The position numbers were made by a program, and so were the translations under genes. The notes under the pieces were generated by a model. That model was not told the DNA's origin. It saw only the letters and a list, made by a program, of their open reading frames with translations, and ran no database searches. Positions 32,460 through 40,630 of a DNA stretch of 64,000 bases are shown here, in pieces (the first letter of the stretch is position 1; each line of letters begins with the position of its first letter). Source of the stretch: Candidatus Obscuribacterales bacterium (lineage in GTDB: Bacteria > Cyanobacteriota > Vampirovibrionia > Obscuribacterales > Obscuribacteraceae); the NCBI GenBank assembly GCA_019752635.1, contig JAIELX010000059.1, positions 63,191 through 127,190 of the forward strand, read 5' to 3'.

Positions 32460-35400
32460 GCCTTCTTCGCTGTTAGCAATCTGTTCCTGTACATCACTGC
32501 CGCCAATACACCCATTGCGGCGGCCAATAGAAGGTATGTGTCCGATTCTGGTACCAGGGGAGCCTGCGCACCCTCGGCCGATTGAGGCACCACCGTGCCA
32601 TTCGTCGCCCCGTCAAGCGTTTCGCCTGTTGTGCCAGACGCACCGGTCTGCGCCCCATCCATCGCGGCCGGCATTCCCCCGCCGAAAGTCTCTCCCTTCG
32701 CCCGTGCAGCGGCAGGCGCGTTGTCTAATTTATCGCTACTGGCTGCTCCTGAAGCCAGCCCTTCCATCAATGCTGGAGCCATTGGCTTTGCCATTTGTGC
32801 GGACATCTTGTCCGACTCTGTGCCTCTGCTTCTGAAGTCTTTTGAAGCAAACGAAAGTTCTTTGCCATTGAGGCTACTATCATTGTCTCCTCGCGGCGCG
32901 ATAGCCTGGTTAGCTCTGCCGAGGAAGCTCCCTGCAGGACATGGAGCCGGTGCTGGACTATCAGCGCAAGTTCGGGCTTCGGTCGCAGCTTTGCGAGCAT
33001 GCATCTGCCGAAACATTTGTGGTTCGACTTGTTTCTTCGCTTCATTGAACGATAGCTCTGTTTCCGGAGTCGGTTCCGTAATTGAGCTCAGTTGTCGATT
33101 GATGTCGTTGAGACCGCCGGTGGCGAGATAGTCGATGAAACTTTTGGTGACATTGACCTTCTTCTGCGGTTCGGAACTCACGCAATTTAGTTCAGGCACC
33201 TCAGTCACCAAAACCGCACTCGACATGGGCGTCACGATGTGATAACGCGCTGCCAGGTCGATCGCGTCTTGCTTGCTCTGATAGGTGTTCTCTCTCATGT
33301 CTTGGAGAACGCGGTCGTACGCCATTAGCTGCGCCAGATCGGAAACCGTGGCTTCCGCTCCGGGTACTGTTGCTGGCTTCAGTGCCTGCGAATCGTTGGC
33401 ATTGAAAGTAGAATAGATAAGGTGACCTACTTGTCGGTCCGCAGGCTTGGCTGCGCCTCTAGCCGCCACTACAGTTGGTGCTACTGCGCTGCGAACGATC
33501 TTGTATGCTTTTAGCTTTTGGGACCATGCGTCGAACAATAGTTTCAGGTCTTCGTCCACTTGCCCTGTGTGCGGTAACGTTTGAATCGAGGCCACTGATT
33601 CCATGCCGTCTAGAATCTGGTTCGGTCCTGACAGAATTTGCATGTCGTAGAGAATTGTGCGGTTGCCTGCGCTTTTTGCCAGAGATTGAATTACAGTCTT
33701 GTAGGGCGAGTCAATCGGTTGTGCTCCGTGAATCCAAAGTACAGCGCTGTTCGAGTCCGCGGATTCCTGGAGTGCTTCCCACAGATCTTGTCCGTCGATC
33801 TGTCCGCCGGAGCAAGGCATTCTTTTGAGCTGGTTTATAATCTCGTTCCGGTTCCCGGTCAAGTGCTGTTTCTTGTCGTCGCGCACGAAGAAGATCGACA
33901 ACTCCGTTTCTGCGGGCAGATTGTTGAAGGAGTCGGCGATAGCGTTGATGCTGGAGCCCATTGTTCCCGATCCGTCTATAACGGCAATGAGTTTGCGCGG
34001 CGCCTCCGCGGTGATGTCTTCGATTTTCTCTACGGCTATGTGTCCTGGTTCGCTCCAGGTATCGGGTGCACTGAAGGTGGTGGCTTTGACGTTGCGGGAG
34101 GCATGAATAATACCGTCACCGGAGGCTAACTTGGACGGATCGAGCGAACCGATCAGAGTGAACTTACCTTGTTCGTTCTTGCCGACCTTCAAATCCTTGA
34201 AGTCCGCTTTCATTTCGCCATTGGACGCCACCGAAATGGTGTGAGGGGCACTAATCTGGAAGTTGCGCTCCTCGAACTGCGGTAAGACTACGACGCCTTG
34301 ACGTTGGCGGTCCAGCTCCATCGGTGCAACTACGCCGAGGTGCAATCTCACCTCGCGCATGTCCGACGGTGGCACCGGAAATACTTGTACCAGTACCGAA
34401 TCTGTGCCTGTGGTGCTAACTAGAAGCGGATTCTTTTTCCGCGCCACCGCCTGCCGATAGATCTCTCGGGCCAGGCTGCGTACCGTGATGGTGGCTTCGT
34501 ATTCCTTCCCGTCGACTATCAGACTTGCTTTGTTGACCACGCCACCATGAGGGAGCTTAATGCGGGTGCGCACTTCGCGATCAAACTTGGATTTGTTTTT
34601 GAAATTTAGATACCAATCGAACTTAGCAATTGCCGCATTGGAATCGACTGTGCCGGACATGTCCGACTTGGAAACAGAAAGCCCTCGCGAGACTCCGCTC
34701 ACCATTTCTCCGGCGATGTCCGGATCAAGGTCAAACTCATCGTCTACCGCACCTTCAATGCCGTCGTCAGCAACAAATCCGGCGTTTCGCATAGTAGCGC
34801 GCGCTGATTCGGGAATCGGGAAAGAGTTGAAGGTGCGACCCGTGACTCGGTAAAACAAATCTCGCGCTTTTTCTATCGGCAGCGGGTCATGCGACTCGTA
34901 CATGGAGCCGACTATGTCCGTGGCCCGGCCCGAACGCTCGTAACACGCTCTCAGCATTACTTCCGGGGAGCCGAAGGCTCGAAGCAAATCTAAACCTTGC
35001 TGTCGGGTTTCAGGCTTGGAAGCCATACCCAGTGCAATTCTGGTGAATGTGGACGGGGTTTCCACTGCAACTACGAGCGTTAAAACCAACAAGTGCCCCA
35101 GATGCTTTACGTGGTGCCCGTCTACGTATGTGGTGTTTTTCGCCTTTTTGGCCAACAAAGAGCCGCCCTTCATCAAACTGATCAATGAAAGTAGCGGTGC
35201 CAGTCCCAGCAGACCAATACCGAAATAAAGAATGCCCAGCATGGATACATGAGTTATGGGTAAGAACATCAATGAATAAAGGATTGCGACACCGACTGCC
35301 ATGCCGTTGCAAAAGAGCATGAACGCATAGTGCGGGCTCATGTCCCATTTCAAACTCGCCCATGCCAGAAAGTTGGTAACAGGAATCAACGCGAAGAGCA

Positions 35401-35617
35401 TGGCGTGACCGCTGGTTGGCAGCGGGTCAAAAAATTGCTTGGCGCAAAAATGAGAATTGGATTCAACGAGCAGCGCCGCAAGAGGGAGCACTATGCCCCA
35501 CCAGAAAAGCATGCCCTCAACGAAGCCGCCGCCGGACTTTTTCTTAGTCGTGCCGATTTTCGGAATTGGACCGGAACCCTTGAGGTTGACATAACCTAAG
35601 TCGGCATCACCAAACAC
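32456..35617 (-). CDS. polytopic membrane VIT + vWA domain protein with PEP-CTERM-like (VPESD) C-terminal sorting signal
   Basis: 1053 aa. The N-terminal about 190 aa are multi-TM. VIT-like region: FKNKSKFDREVRTRIKLPHGGVVNKASLIVDGKEYEATI...VQVFPVPP. vWA-like region: LIAVIDGSGTMGSS. The tail is VPESDTYLLLAAAMGVLAAVMYRNRLLTAKKA. Confidence 0.8.
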   Translation of the reverse strand: MFGDADLGYVNLKGSGPIPKIGTTKKKSGGGFVEGMLFWWGIVLPLAALLVESNSHFCAKQFFDPLPTSGHAMLFALIPVTNFLAWASLKWDMSPHYAFMLFCNGMAVGVAILYSLMFLPITHVSMLGILYFGIGLLGLAPLLSLISLMKGGSLLAKKAKNTTYVDGHHVKHLGHLLVLTLVVAVETPSTFTRIALGMASKPETRQQGLDLLRAFGSPEVMLRACYERSGRATDIVGSMYESHDPLPIEKARDLFYRVTGRTFNSFPIPESARATMRNAGFVADDGIEGAVDDEFDLDPDIAGEMVSGVSRGLSVSKSDMSGTVDSNAAIAKFDWYLNFKNKSKFDREVRTRIKLPHGGVVNKASLIVDGKEYEATITVRSLAREIYRQAVARKKNPLLVSTTGTDSVLVQVFPVPPSDMREVRLHLGVVAPMELDRQRQGVVVLPQFEERNFQISAPHTISVASNGEMKADFKDLKVGKNEQGKFTLIGSLDPSKLASGDGIIHASRNVKATTFSAPDTWSEPGHIAVEKIEDITAEAPRKLIAVIDGSGTMGSSINAIADSFNNLPAETELSIFFVRDDKKQHLTGNRNEIINQLKRMPCSGGQIDGQDLWEALQESADSNSAVLWIHGAQPIDSPYKTVIQSLAKSAGNRTILYDMQILSGPNQILDGMESVASIQTLPHTGQVDEDLKLLFDAWSQKLKAYKIVRSAVAPTVVAARGAAKPADRQVGHLIYSTFNANDSQALKPATVPGAEATVSDLAQLMAYDRVLQDMRENTYQSKQDAIDLAARYHIVTPMSSAVLVTEVPELNCVSSEPQKKVNVTKSFIDYLATGGLNDINRQLSSITEPTPETELSFNEAKKQVEPQMFRQMHARKAATEARTCADSPAPAPCPAGSFLGRANQAIAPRGDNDSSLNGKELSFASKDFRSRGTESDKMSAQMAKPMAPALMEGLASGAASSDKLDNAPAAARAKGETFGGGMPAAMDGAQTGASGTTGETLDGATNGTVVPQSAEGAQAPLVPESDTYLLLAAAMGVLAAVMYRNRLLTAKKA
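32459..32554 (-). other. C-terminal sorting signal (VPESD motif + TM helix + basic cluster)
   Basis: The last 32 aa have the tripartite PEP-CTERM architecture: motif, hydrophobic helix, then R/K-rich end. Confidence 0.65.
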
Positions 35618-35958
35618 TATTCTGTCCTCTCTGCTAGGCTCGTTTCGGGATCAACACTAATCCTTTATTCCCTCCCGGGGGGCTTACGGTTCTGGTTTTT
35701 AGCGATCCGTAACTCTTGGGACTTCCATGCGGAGCTTCAGCCATTCTAAGTAATCTCGTCAGCTTCCGCTACGGGCTCGACCCCTGGCGTCCGACGTGTA
35801 AAACCGGTGAGCGGCTCCGTTCGATCTCCCGTGCAACTCCCGGGGTTTTTCCGGTGTCGAAATTTAACAAAGTCCTGACCTGCCTACAGCACTTTGCAGG
35901 CATTAGATGCTATTAAGACCTCGTAGCGTTCCCCTTGTCATAATAATTCGGGTCCATT

Positions 35959-36957
35959 ATGGTTGGATCGATTCATTTGCGACGAGGTACTTGCATGCCG
36001 CCCCGGTTCACCGACAAATACGAAAAAGCTCCGCGAAACCGTGATTCAGCATTTGATCGCAAACTCCAGCAGTTTCGCACGACGGGTGAGATCGATACCA
36101 ACAAAAAAAGCATGAAGTCAATCATGCAAGGCCTGGCGGCTCATTACGAGTACCGCTCAATGGACTCGAAAGCTGCTATTGAAGACCCCAAAGTAAGTGA
36201 ATTGGAGCGGATGGCGTTTATCGATCCGCTTACGGACAGCCTGAATGAGCGCTCCGTACTGGGTGAACTGAAGGATCAGATTCGTCGGGCCGAACGATAC
36301 AAACAGGCCTTAGGCGTCTTGATTCTGGAAGTAGACGACTATGAGCGCATCTCCAGTGAAGCTCCAGCCTTCGCCATAGACAATCTACTGCGTGGTGTGG
36401 CTAACATGCTGCGAAAGAGTATTCGCGAGGTCGACATCCTCGGACGTTCGGATGGCGGCAAGTTCATTCTGATTTGTCCAGAAACGTCTATTGGACAGCT
36501 CTGTGTCATGGGAGAGCGTTTGCGCAACCAATTCGCCACCTCTCGACTGGCTTCAATCGGCTATACCCTATCTGTTACCGTCAGCGGTGGTGTTTCATCT
36601 TATCCGCAGACTGGCAAATCAGCAGACGAAGTTCTCGCTGCCGCAACCAATGCTCTGAGCCAAGCTCGAAAGCATGGCGGCAATTACCTGGCCGAGCCGA
36701 ACGCGGAAGAAAATGTGCCCACCGGACTTTATGGATCGTTCACCGTGTCCAATGACGATGATCCGTTCCATAAAGATACCGTCGACTTCTCACCCACCGG
36801 CAATGATGAGCGCGAAGGCGAGGCCCTGCTGGCTGCGCTGACGAAGGAAAAGAGTACCGAGGTGGACACCAAGGCAACAGCCGAGTATGTCAAACCGAGT
36901 CCTTCCATGCTCAAACCGCCGCAAGCAAGCACGATAAGTGCCGAGTTACTCAGCTAG
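35959..36957 (+). CDS. GGDEF-domain protein with degenerate active site (DGGKF) and intact RxxD I-site
   Basis: GGDEF fold markers: FIDPLTDSLNER, LILEVDDYERI and SVTVSGGVSSYP. The segment REVDILGRSDGGKF (nt 36424-36465) aligns with RxxD-x5-GG(D/E)EF. Confidence 0.8.
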   Translation: MVGSIHLRRGTCMPPRFTDKYEKAPRNRDSAFDRKLQQFRTTGEIDTNKKSMKSIMQGLAAHYEYRSMDSKAAIEDPKVSELERMAFIDPLTDSLNERSVLGELKDQIRRAERYKQALGVLILEVDDYERISSEAPAFAIDNLLRGVANMLRKSIREVDILGRSDGGKFILICPETSIGQLCVMGERLRNQFATSRLASIGYTLSVTVSGGVSSYPQTGKSADEVLAAATNALSQARKHGGNYLAEPNAEENVPTGLYGSFTVSNDDDPFHKDTVDFSPTGNDEREGEALLAALTKEKSTEVDTKATAEYVKPSPSMLKPPQASTISAELLS

Positions 36958-36975
36958 CGGCCGCCAACAAAAATG

Positions 36976-37016
36976 AAGAGAAGAGGCGCAACGACCTTTG
37001 CGCCTCTTCTCTTTTT
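36976..37016 (+). terminator. rho-independent terminator
   Basis: 16-bp perfect stem AAGAGAAGAGGCGCAA / TTGCGCCTCTTCTCTT with a 6-nt loop, followed by a T-run (TTT). Confidence 0.8.
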
Positions 37017-37185
37017 AAGCGCTCCGGCTCGCCGGCAAGCCTTCTTGCCTCGCGCTGCGCCCGGGCCAACGGCTACGCCAATCAAACCGGGACGTGGCAA
37101 CCAGCTGGAAGGCGGCGCTCCCGGGCGGAGGCTGCAGCAAAATCCCGGAAGCGCTGGCTTCCAGCCGGTTTGGACGCAGTTCCGG

Positions 37186-38001
37186 TTAACCGCGCATTTC
37201 GGTCAGGTTGCCTGATTCGTATCGGCGAAGACCGGTGTAGAAGACAACTATGCTTACGGAGAGCATAGCAAATGAGCCGGCAGTGCAAAGCAGTGCTTCA
37301 TTGACTGAAAATTTCCGCAGTGCCTCGACAGGCAGGTAGCCGACGAAAGCTGCAGGGATCAATGAATACAGCACTATCTTTACCGGACCGTCGAATAGAT
37401 TCGGTGGATAGGTGCTGAAGCTTATCAGCGAAAAGCGCCATTGCTCTGCCAGTGCTTCGGCGTTTCCGAGGAAGAAACCGAGAGAGCCGGTTAGGACGCT
37501 GAAGCCGACGAAACACACGGCAACTGAGATTAGCAGCAATAGAAACAATACAAAGTGCGGCAAGTCCGGACGGACGAGCACTACATATGCCACTATACCG
37601 AAAACAATGTCGCCCCAAGAGGTCACGTGCGTTTTTCCCAGCAGGAAGTGGGGAAGCAGTGCTCGGGGGTAGAGCATCCACGAATCAAGTCCGCCTTTTG
37701 CAATTGTGCCGGGAAGTGCAATTGCGTTGCCGAAGAAGCCGTGTGCAAGTCCAAATCCGGCAGCGACAACAGACCATAGTGTTACTACTTCATTCGCCGT
37801 CCAGTCGTTTAAAACCGGAAAACGTTGGAAGTACGAAGTCCAGAATCCCAACCAGAAAAAATCGTTGATGAACATGGCTCCGACCTGAGACCAGAATGCG
37901 GCACGATACTCGTATTCAGAATGAAAGTTCATGCGCACGTACGCGCAGAGGAGAGCAATGAACTTGAATAGTTTCTTGAACATTTTAGCCTCCGTTTGCA
38001 A
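37186..38001 (-). CDS. ABC-2 family transporter permease
   Basis: 271-aa polytopic protein in an operon with a second permease and an ABC ATPase. It overlaps the upstream gene by 17 nt. Confidence 0.75.
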   Translation of the reverse strand: MQTEAKMFKKLFKFIALLCAYVRMNFHSEYEYRAAFWSQVGAMFINDFFWLGFWTSYFQRFPVLNDWTANEVVTLWSVVAAGFGLAHGFFGNAIALPGTIAKGGLDSWMLYPRALLPHFLLGKTHVTSWGDIVFGIVAYVVLVRPDLPHFVLFLLLLISVAVCFVGFSVLTGSLGFFLGNAEALAEQWRFSLISFSTYPPNLFDGPVKIVLYSLIPAAFVGYLPVEALRKFSVNEALLCTAGSFAMLSVSIVVFYTGLRRYESGNLTEMRG

Positions 38002-38779
38002 AAACGCGACGCAGAACCATGCGCCAGACGAGAGTGATGCACAGACCCAAAACTACAATGCTCACGCATTGTCCGCGCCACAATTTGAGCAAAGTCTCGG
38101 GTTCCGGCATCAAGAACAAGTGTGCAGGTCCATAGACAATGTTTTGAAACGGCAATGCTTGGACCAACGGTTTTGACCACGCCGGAAAGAGCTCCAACGG
38201 CAGTAGCATACCGCCGAGGATCATCGAGATTCGGGAGTAGATAAGGAAAATTCCCGACGTATCTTCCAACCAGAATGCTGCCAAGCCGATGAGAAAGCAT
38301 CCGAGGAAGTCAACCACGAATGCCAGGGGAACGGCTACCAAAAGGTACGGCAGTCCAAGTGGCGACTCAAGGGGACCAACGAGCAGGAACGCAACGCAAG
38401 CGCCAACGAACAAATTGAGCACGAATCTTACGGCTCGTTCGCCGAAGTTTGCGCTAAGGATTGCTAGAGGGTAGCATAGCGGACGAACGAGTTTGACTGA
38501 GATAGCACCCGTGCGCACATCGTTATCTACTTGCTGCGTTACCCGTGGTGCAGAAAGCATTATTGCTTCCGTAATTGTGAGGTACCAGAGCATCTGAGGC
38601 AAAGTCAGATTACCCAACGTCTCGACACCACAGGCGGTGTATGTTGCCTGCCAGAGGCGCAGAAAGATGTAGAGTATTACTGCCAGAAAGATTATCCGGC
38701 CGTACACTTCGCTCACATATGCCAGGTCTGACCTACCGGCAAGCACTGCGATGAAAAAATATTTTCTGACGAATCTCAT
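37985..38779 (-). CDS. ABC-2 family transporter permease
   Basis: 264-aa polytopic protein, paired with 37186-38001 and downstream of the ABC ATPase. Confidence 0.75.
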   Translation of the reverse strand: MRFVRKYFFIAVLAGRSDLAYVSEVYGRIIFLAVILYIFLRLWQATYTACGVETLGNLTLPQMLWYLTITEAIMLSAPRVTQQVDNDVRTGAISVKLVRPLCYPLAILSANFGERAVRFVLNLFVGACVAFLLVGPLESPLGLPYLLVAVPLAFVVDFLGCFLIGLAAFWLEDTSGIFLIYSRISMILGGMLLPLELFPAWSKPLVQALPFQNIVYGPAHLFLMPEPETLLKLWRGQCVSIVVLGLCITLVWRMVLRRVFANGG

Positions 38780-38892
38780 GACTGTTACCTATTGATTGAT
38801 TTTCTGGAGAGTCCAGGGTTTGCGCCTGCAGTTGATCCCGGAAACGCCGGTTTCAGGTCTGCACCGGTACGCTATTCGCGGAACTGCAACTT

Positions 38893-39084
38893 CTAGAAAG
38901 AAGTCGCCAGGGCAGGCATCGCAGAGAGCTTTGCTTTAAGCCAGTGTGACGCCGTAGGACCGAGGTCGGCGATGACGAAGCCAACGATAAGCAGTGCTTG
39001 GCCAAATACTTCTGCAACAACGACGTACTCATCGTTGCCGGTCGCCAATAAGGCGAGGAATGTGCATCTGCGAAGAAATCTCAT
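38893..39084 (-). pseudogene. decayed duplicate of the 5' end of the permease gene 37985-38779
   Basis: The 63-codon ORF MRFLRRCTFLALLATGNDEYVVVAEVFGQALLIV aligns with the permease N-terminus MRFVRKYFFIAVLAGRSDLAYVSEVYGRIIFLAV. The upstream DNA also aligns (AATCTCATGA..GTTACCT..GATTTT). Confidence 0.45.
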
Positions 39085-39338
39085 GATTTCTACCTCCGTT
39101 ACCTGATTTTTGAAAATGTTGTGGAAGCCGGTGTCTGAGCCGGCGCTCCCTGGAGCCTCAATTAAGTGTCACGCCATGGCGTGCGTCTGCATCCGGTCAC
39201 GGCGCGTCTGTTGCGCGGAGCTACCGGCCCGGACGCGAACAGCGCAACTGCAATTCAGAAAGAGACGTTCCGGAAGTGGGCAAGATGCCGGTGCTCACGG
39301 ACGCTAAGCGATTTCGAAAACGAGGACTTAATTGCGAA

Positions 39339-40307
39339 CTAGCCGACGAATGCGCAAGGCGTTGCTGCGTAGATGTGTGCGATTACATCTTCGAGCGGCG
39401 GGTCTTCAATGCTCACATCAGCCACTGGGGCAAAGTTGAGCACCTCCGCTATTACTTCCGGTACCGGAGCTATCCGGGTATCCACTTCGTAGGTCCTGGA
39501 GAGACCATCCGCGGAAAGAAGTTTTACGCCATGCAATTGCTTCTCTTGCGGTCTGGAGTGAAAGACTACGCTTAAGAGTTTCGAGTTGAGGTGATCTTTT
39601 CGAACACTTGAAACGCTGTCGTCTAGCACTATTCGTCCGTGGTTTACAACAATTACTCGTTCTGCAACAGCCTCGATGTCACCGGCGTCATGACTCGTGA
39701 GAAAGACGGTTACGCCTTCATTACGATTCCATTCGCGAATGAGCTCTCTTAGCTCCTGCCGTGCAACTACGTCGAGACCGATGGTCGGCTCATCGAGGAA
39801 AACAAGCTTGGGGTTGTGCAAAAGACTGGCGGCGATTTCCGCCCTCATCCTTTGTCCCAAAGAAAGTTTTCTGACTTGCGTTTTCAGAAAGGGCGCAAGC
39901 TTGAAACGCTCAACCAACATATCCCTGCGTTGATGGAACTCGCGTTGATCGAGGTCGTACACTCTCGCCAGTAGTTCGAACGTGTCGTCCGGTGGCAAGT
40001 GATACCACAATTGTGATCGTTGTCCGAAGACAACTCCGATTTCTCGAGCGAGTTTGCTTCTTTGTGACCAGGGTTCAAGACCCAAGACTTCTACGGAGCC
40101 GGAAGTTGGCCTCAAGATGCCAGTTAGCATTTTGATGGTTGTGGATTTTCCGGCGCCATTAGGTCCAATGAACGCAACTGACTGGCCTTGAGGCACGTAG
40201 AGTGTAAGCCCGTTTACGGCTTCGACTTCAGTGCGGGCACGATTGAACCCCTTACCTATACGGAGCTCAAAAGTCTTGCGTAGATTTTCTACTGAGACAG
40301 CGTTCAT
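39339..40307 (-). CDS. ABC transporter ATP-binding protein
   Basis: Walker A GPNGAGKST, signature LSLGQRMR and Walker B LVFLDEPTIGLD. I prefer ATG 40307 (GGAGA 8 nt upstream) over TTG 40325. Confidence 0.9.
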   Translation of the reverse strand: MNAVSVENLRKTFELRIGKGFNRARTEVEAVNGLTLYVPQGQSVAFIGPNGAGKSTTIKMLTGILRPTSGSVEVLGLEPWSQRSKLAREIGVVFGQRSQLWYHLPPDDTFELLARVYDLDQREFHQRRDMLVERFKLAPFLKTQVRKLSLGQRMRAEIAASLLHNPKLVFLDEPTIGLDVVARQELRELIREWNRNEGVTVFLTSHDAGDIEAVAERVIVVNHGRIVLDDSVSSVRKDHLNSKLLSVVFHSRPQEKQLHGVKLLSADGLSRTYEVDTRIAPVPEVIAEVLNFAPVADVSIEDPPLEDVIAHIYAATPCAFVG

Positions 40308-40334
40308 TGGTGATTCTCCATTCAAAAAACGGCC

Positions 40335-40372
40335 AAAAAAATAACCCCCCTGCGTTACTTAATTCAGGGAGG
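40335..40372 (-). promoter_or_regulatory. terminator-like hairpin + U-tract in the ABC operon leader (attenuator / riboswitch expression-platform candidate)
   Basis: The minus strand reads CCTCCCTG-(12 nt loop)-CAGGGGGG followed by TTATTTTTTT. The element ends about 20 nt before the RBS. There is no upstream same-strand gene for it to terminate. Confidence 0.45.
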
Positions 40373-40630
40373 CCGGCCATGCGTTATCGTCGATTAAGTC
40401 AATACGTGCGCGGCTCTCCTCGTCCTTTCGGGATCGAAAGAACGGTGGCGGTTGCTGGCATATATTGGTGATTTCGCATACTATCCATTTTCCACAGCAA
40501 TGGCAAAGTGTCAACACAATGTTGAGTAAATGATTAAACACCCGGGAAAAACCTCATTCCCAAATGCGAATCGGAGTCATATTATGTGTTGAAAAGGCTG
40601 TATCAGTTCTTGTGGAAACTGAACAAAGTC

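Noticed and set aside
35618-35958. Possible c-di-GMP riboswitch or other structured RNA in the 341-bp divergent region between the VIT-vWA operon and the GGDEF gene.
   Set aside because: I could not find the GEMM-type conserved elements (GGCAAACC / ACGCAAAGC-like strings with a tetraloop-receptor arrangement) on either strand. Only weak short stems are present. A cmscan would be needed to exclude it formally.
36973-37215. An 80-aa ORF (MKRRGATTFAPLLFLSAPARRQ...) downstream of the GGDEF gene.
   Set aside because: It starts inside the strong terminator hairpin at 36976-37016 and runs into the 3' end of the convergent permease gene. Its composition is Ala/Pro/Arg/Gly-rich. It is most likely non-coding.
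39110-39575. Plus-strand ORFs 39110-39307 and 39276-39575 in or next to the ABC operon spacer.
   Set aside because: The second is antisense to the ATPase gene 3' end. The first lies in the decayed-duplication spacer and has an Arg/Cys/Ala-rich translation. No supporting signals were found.
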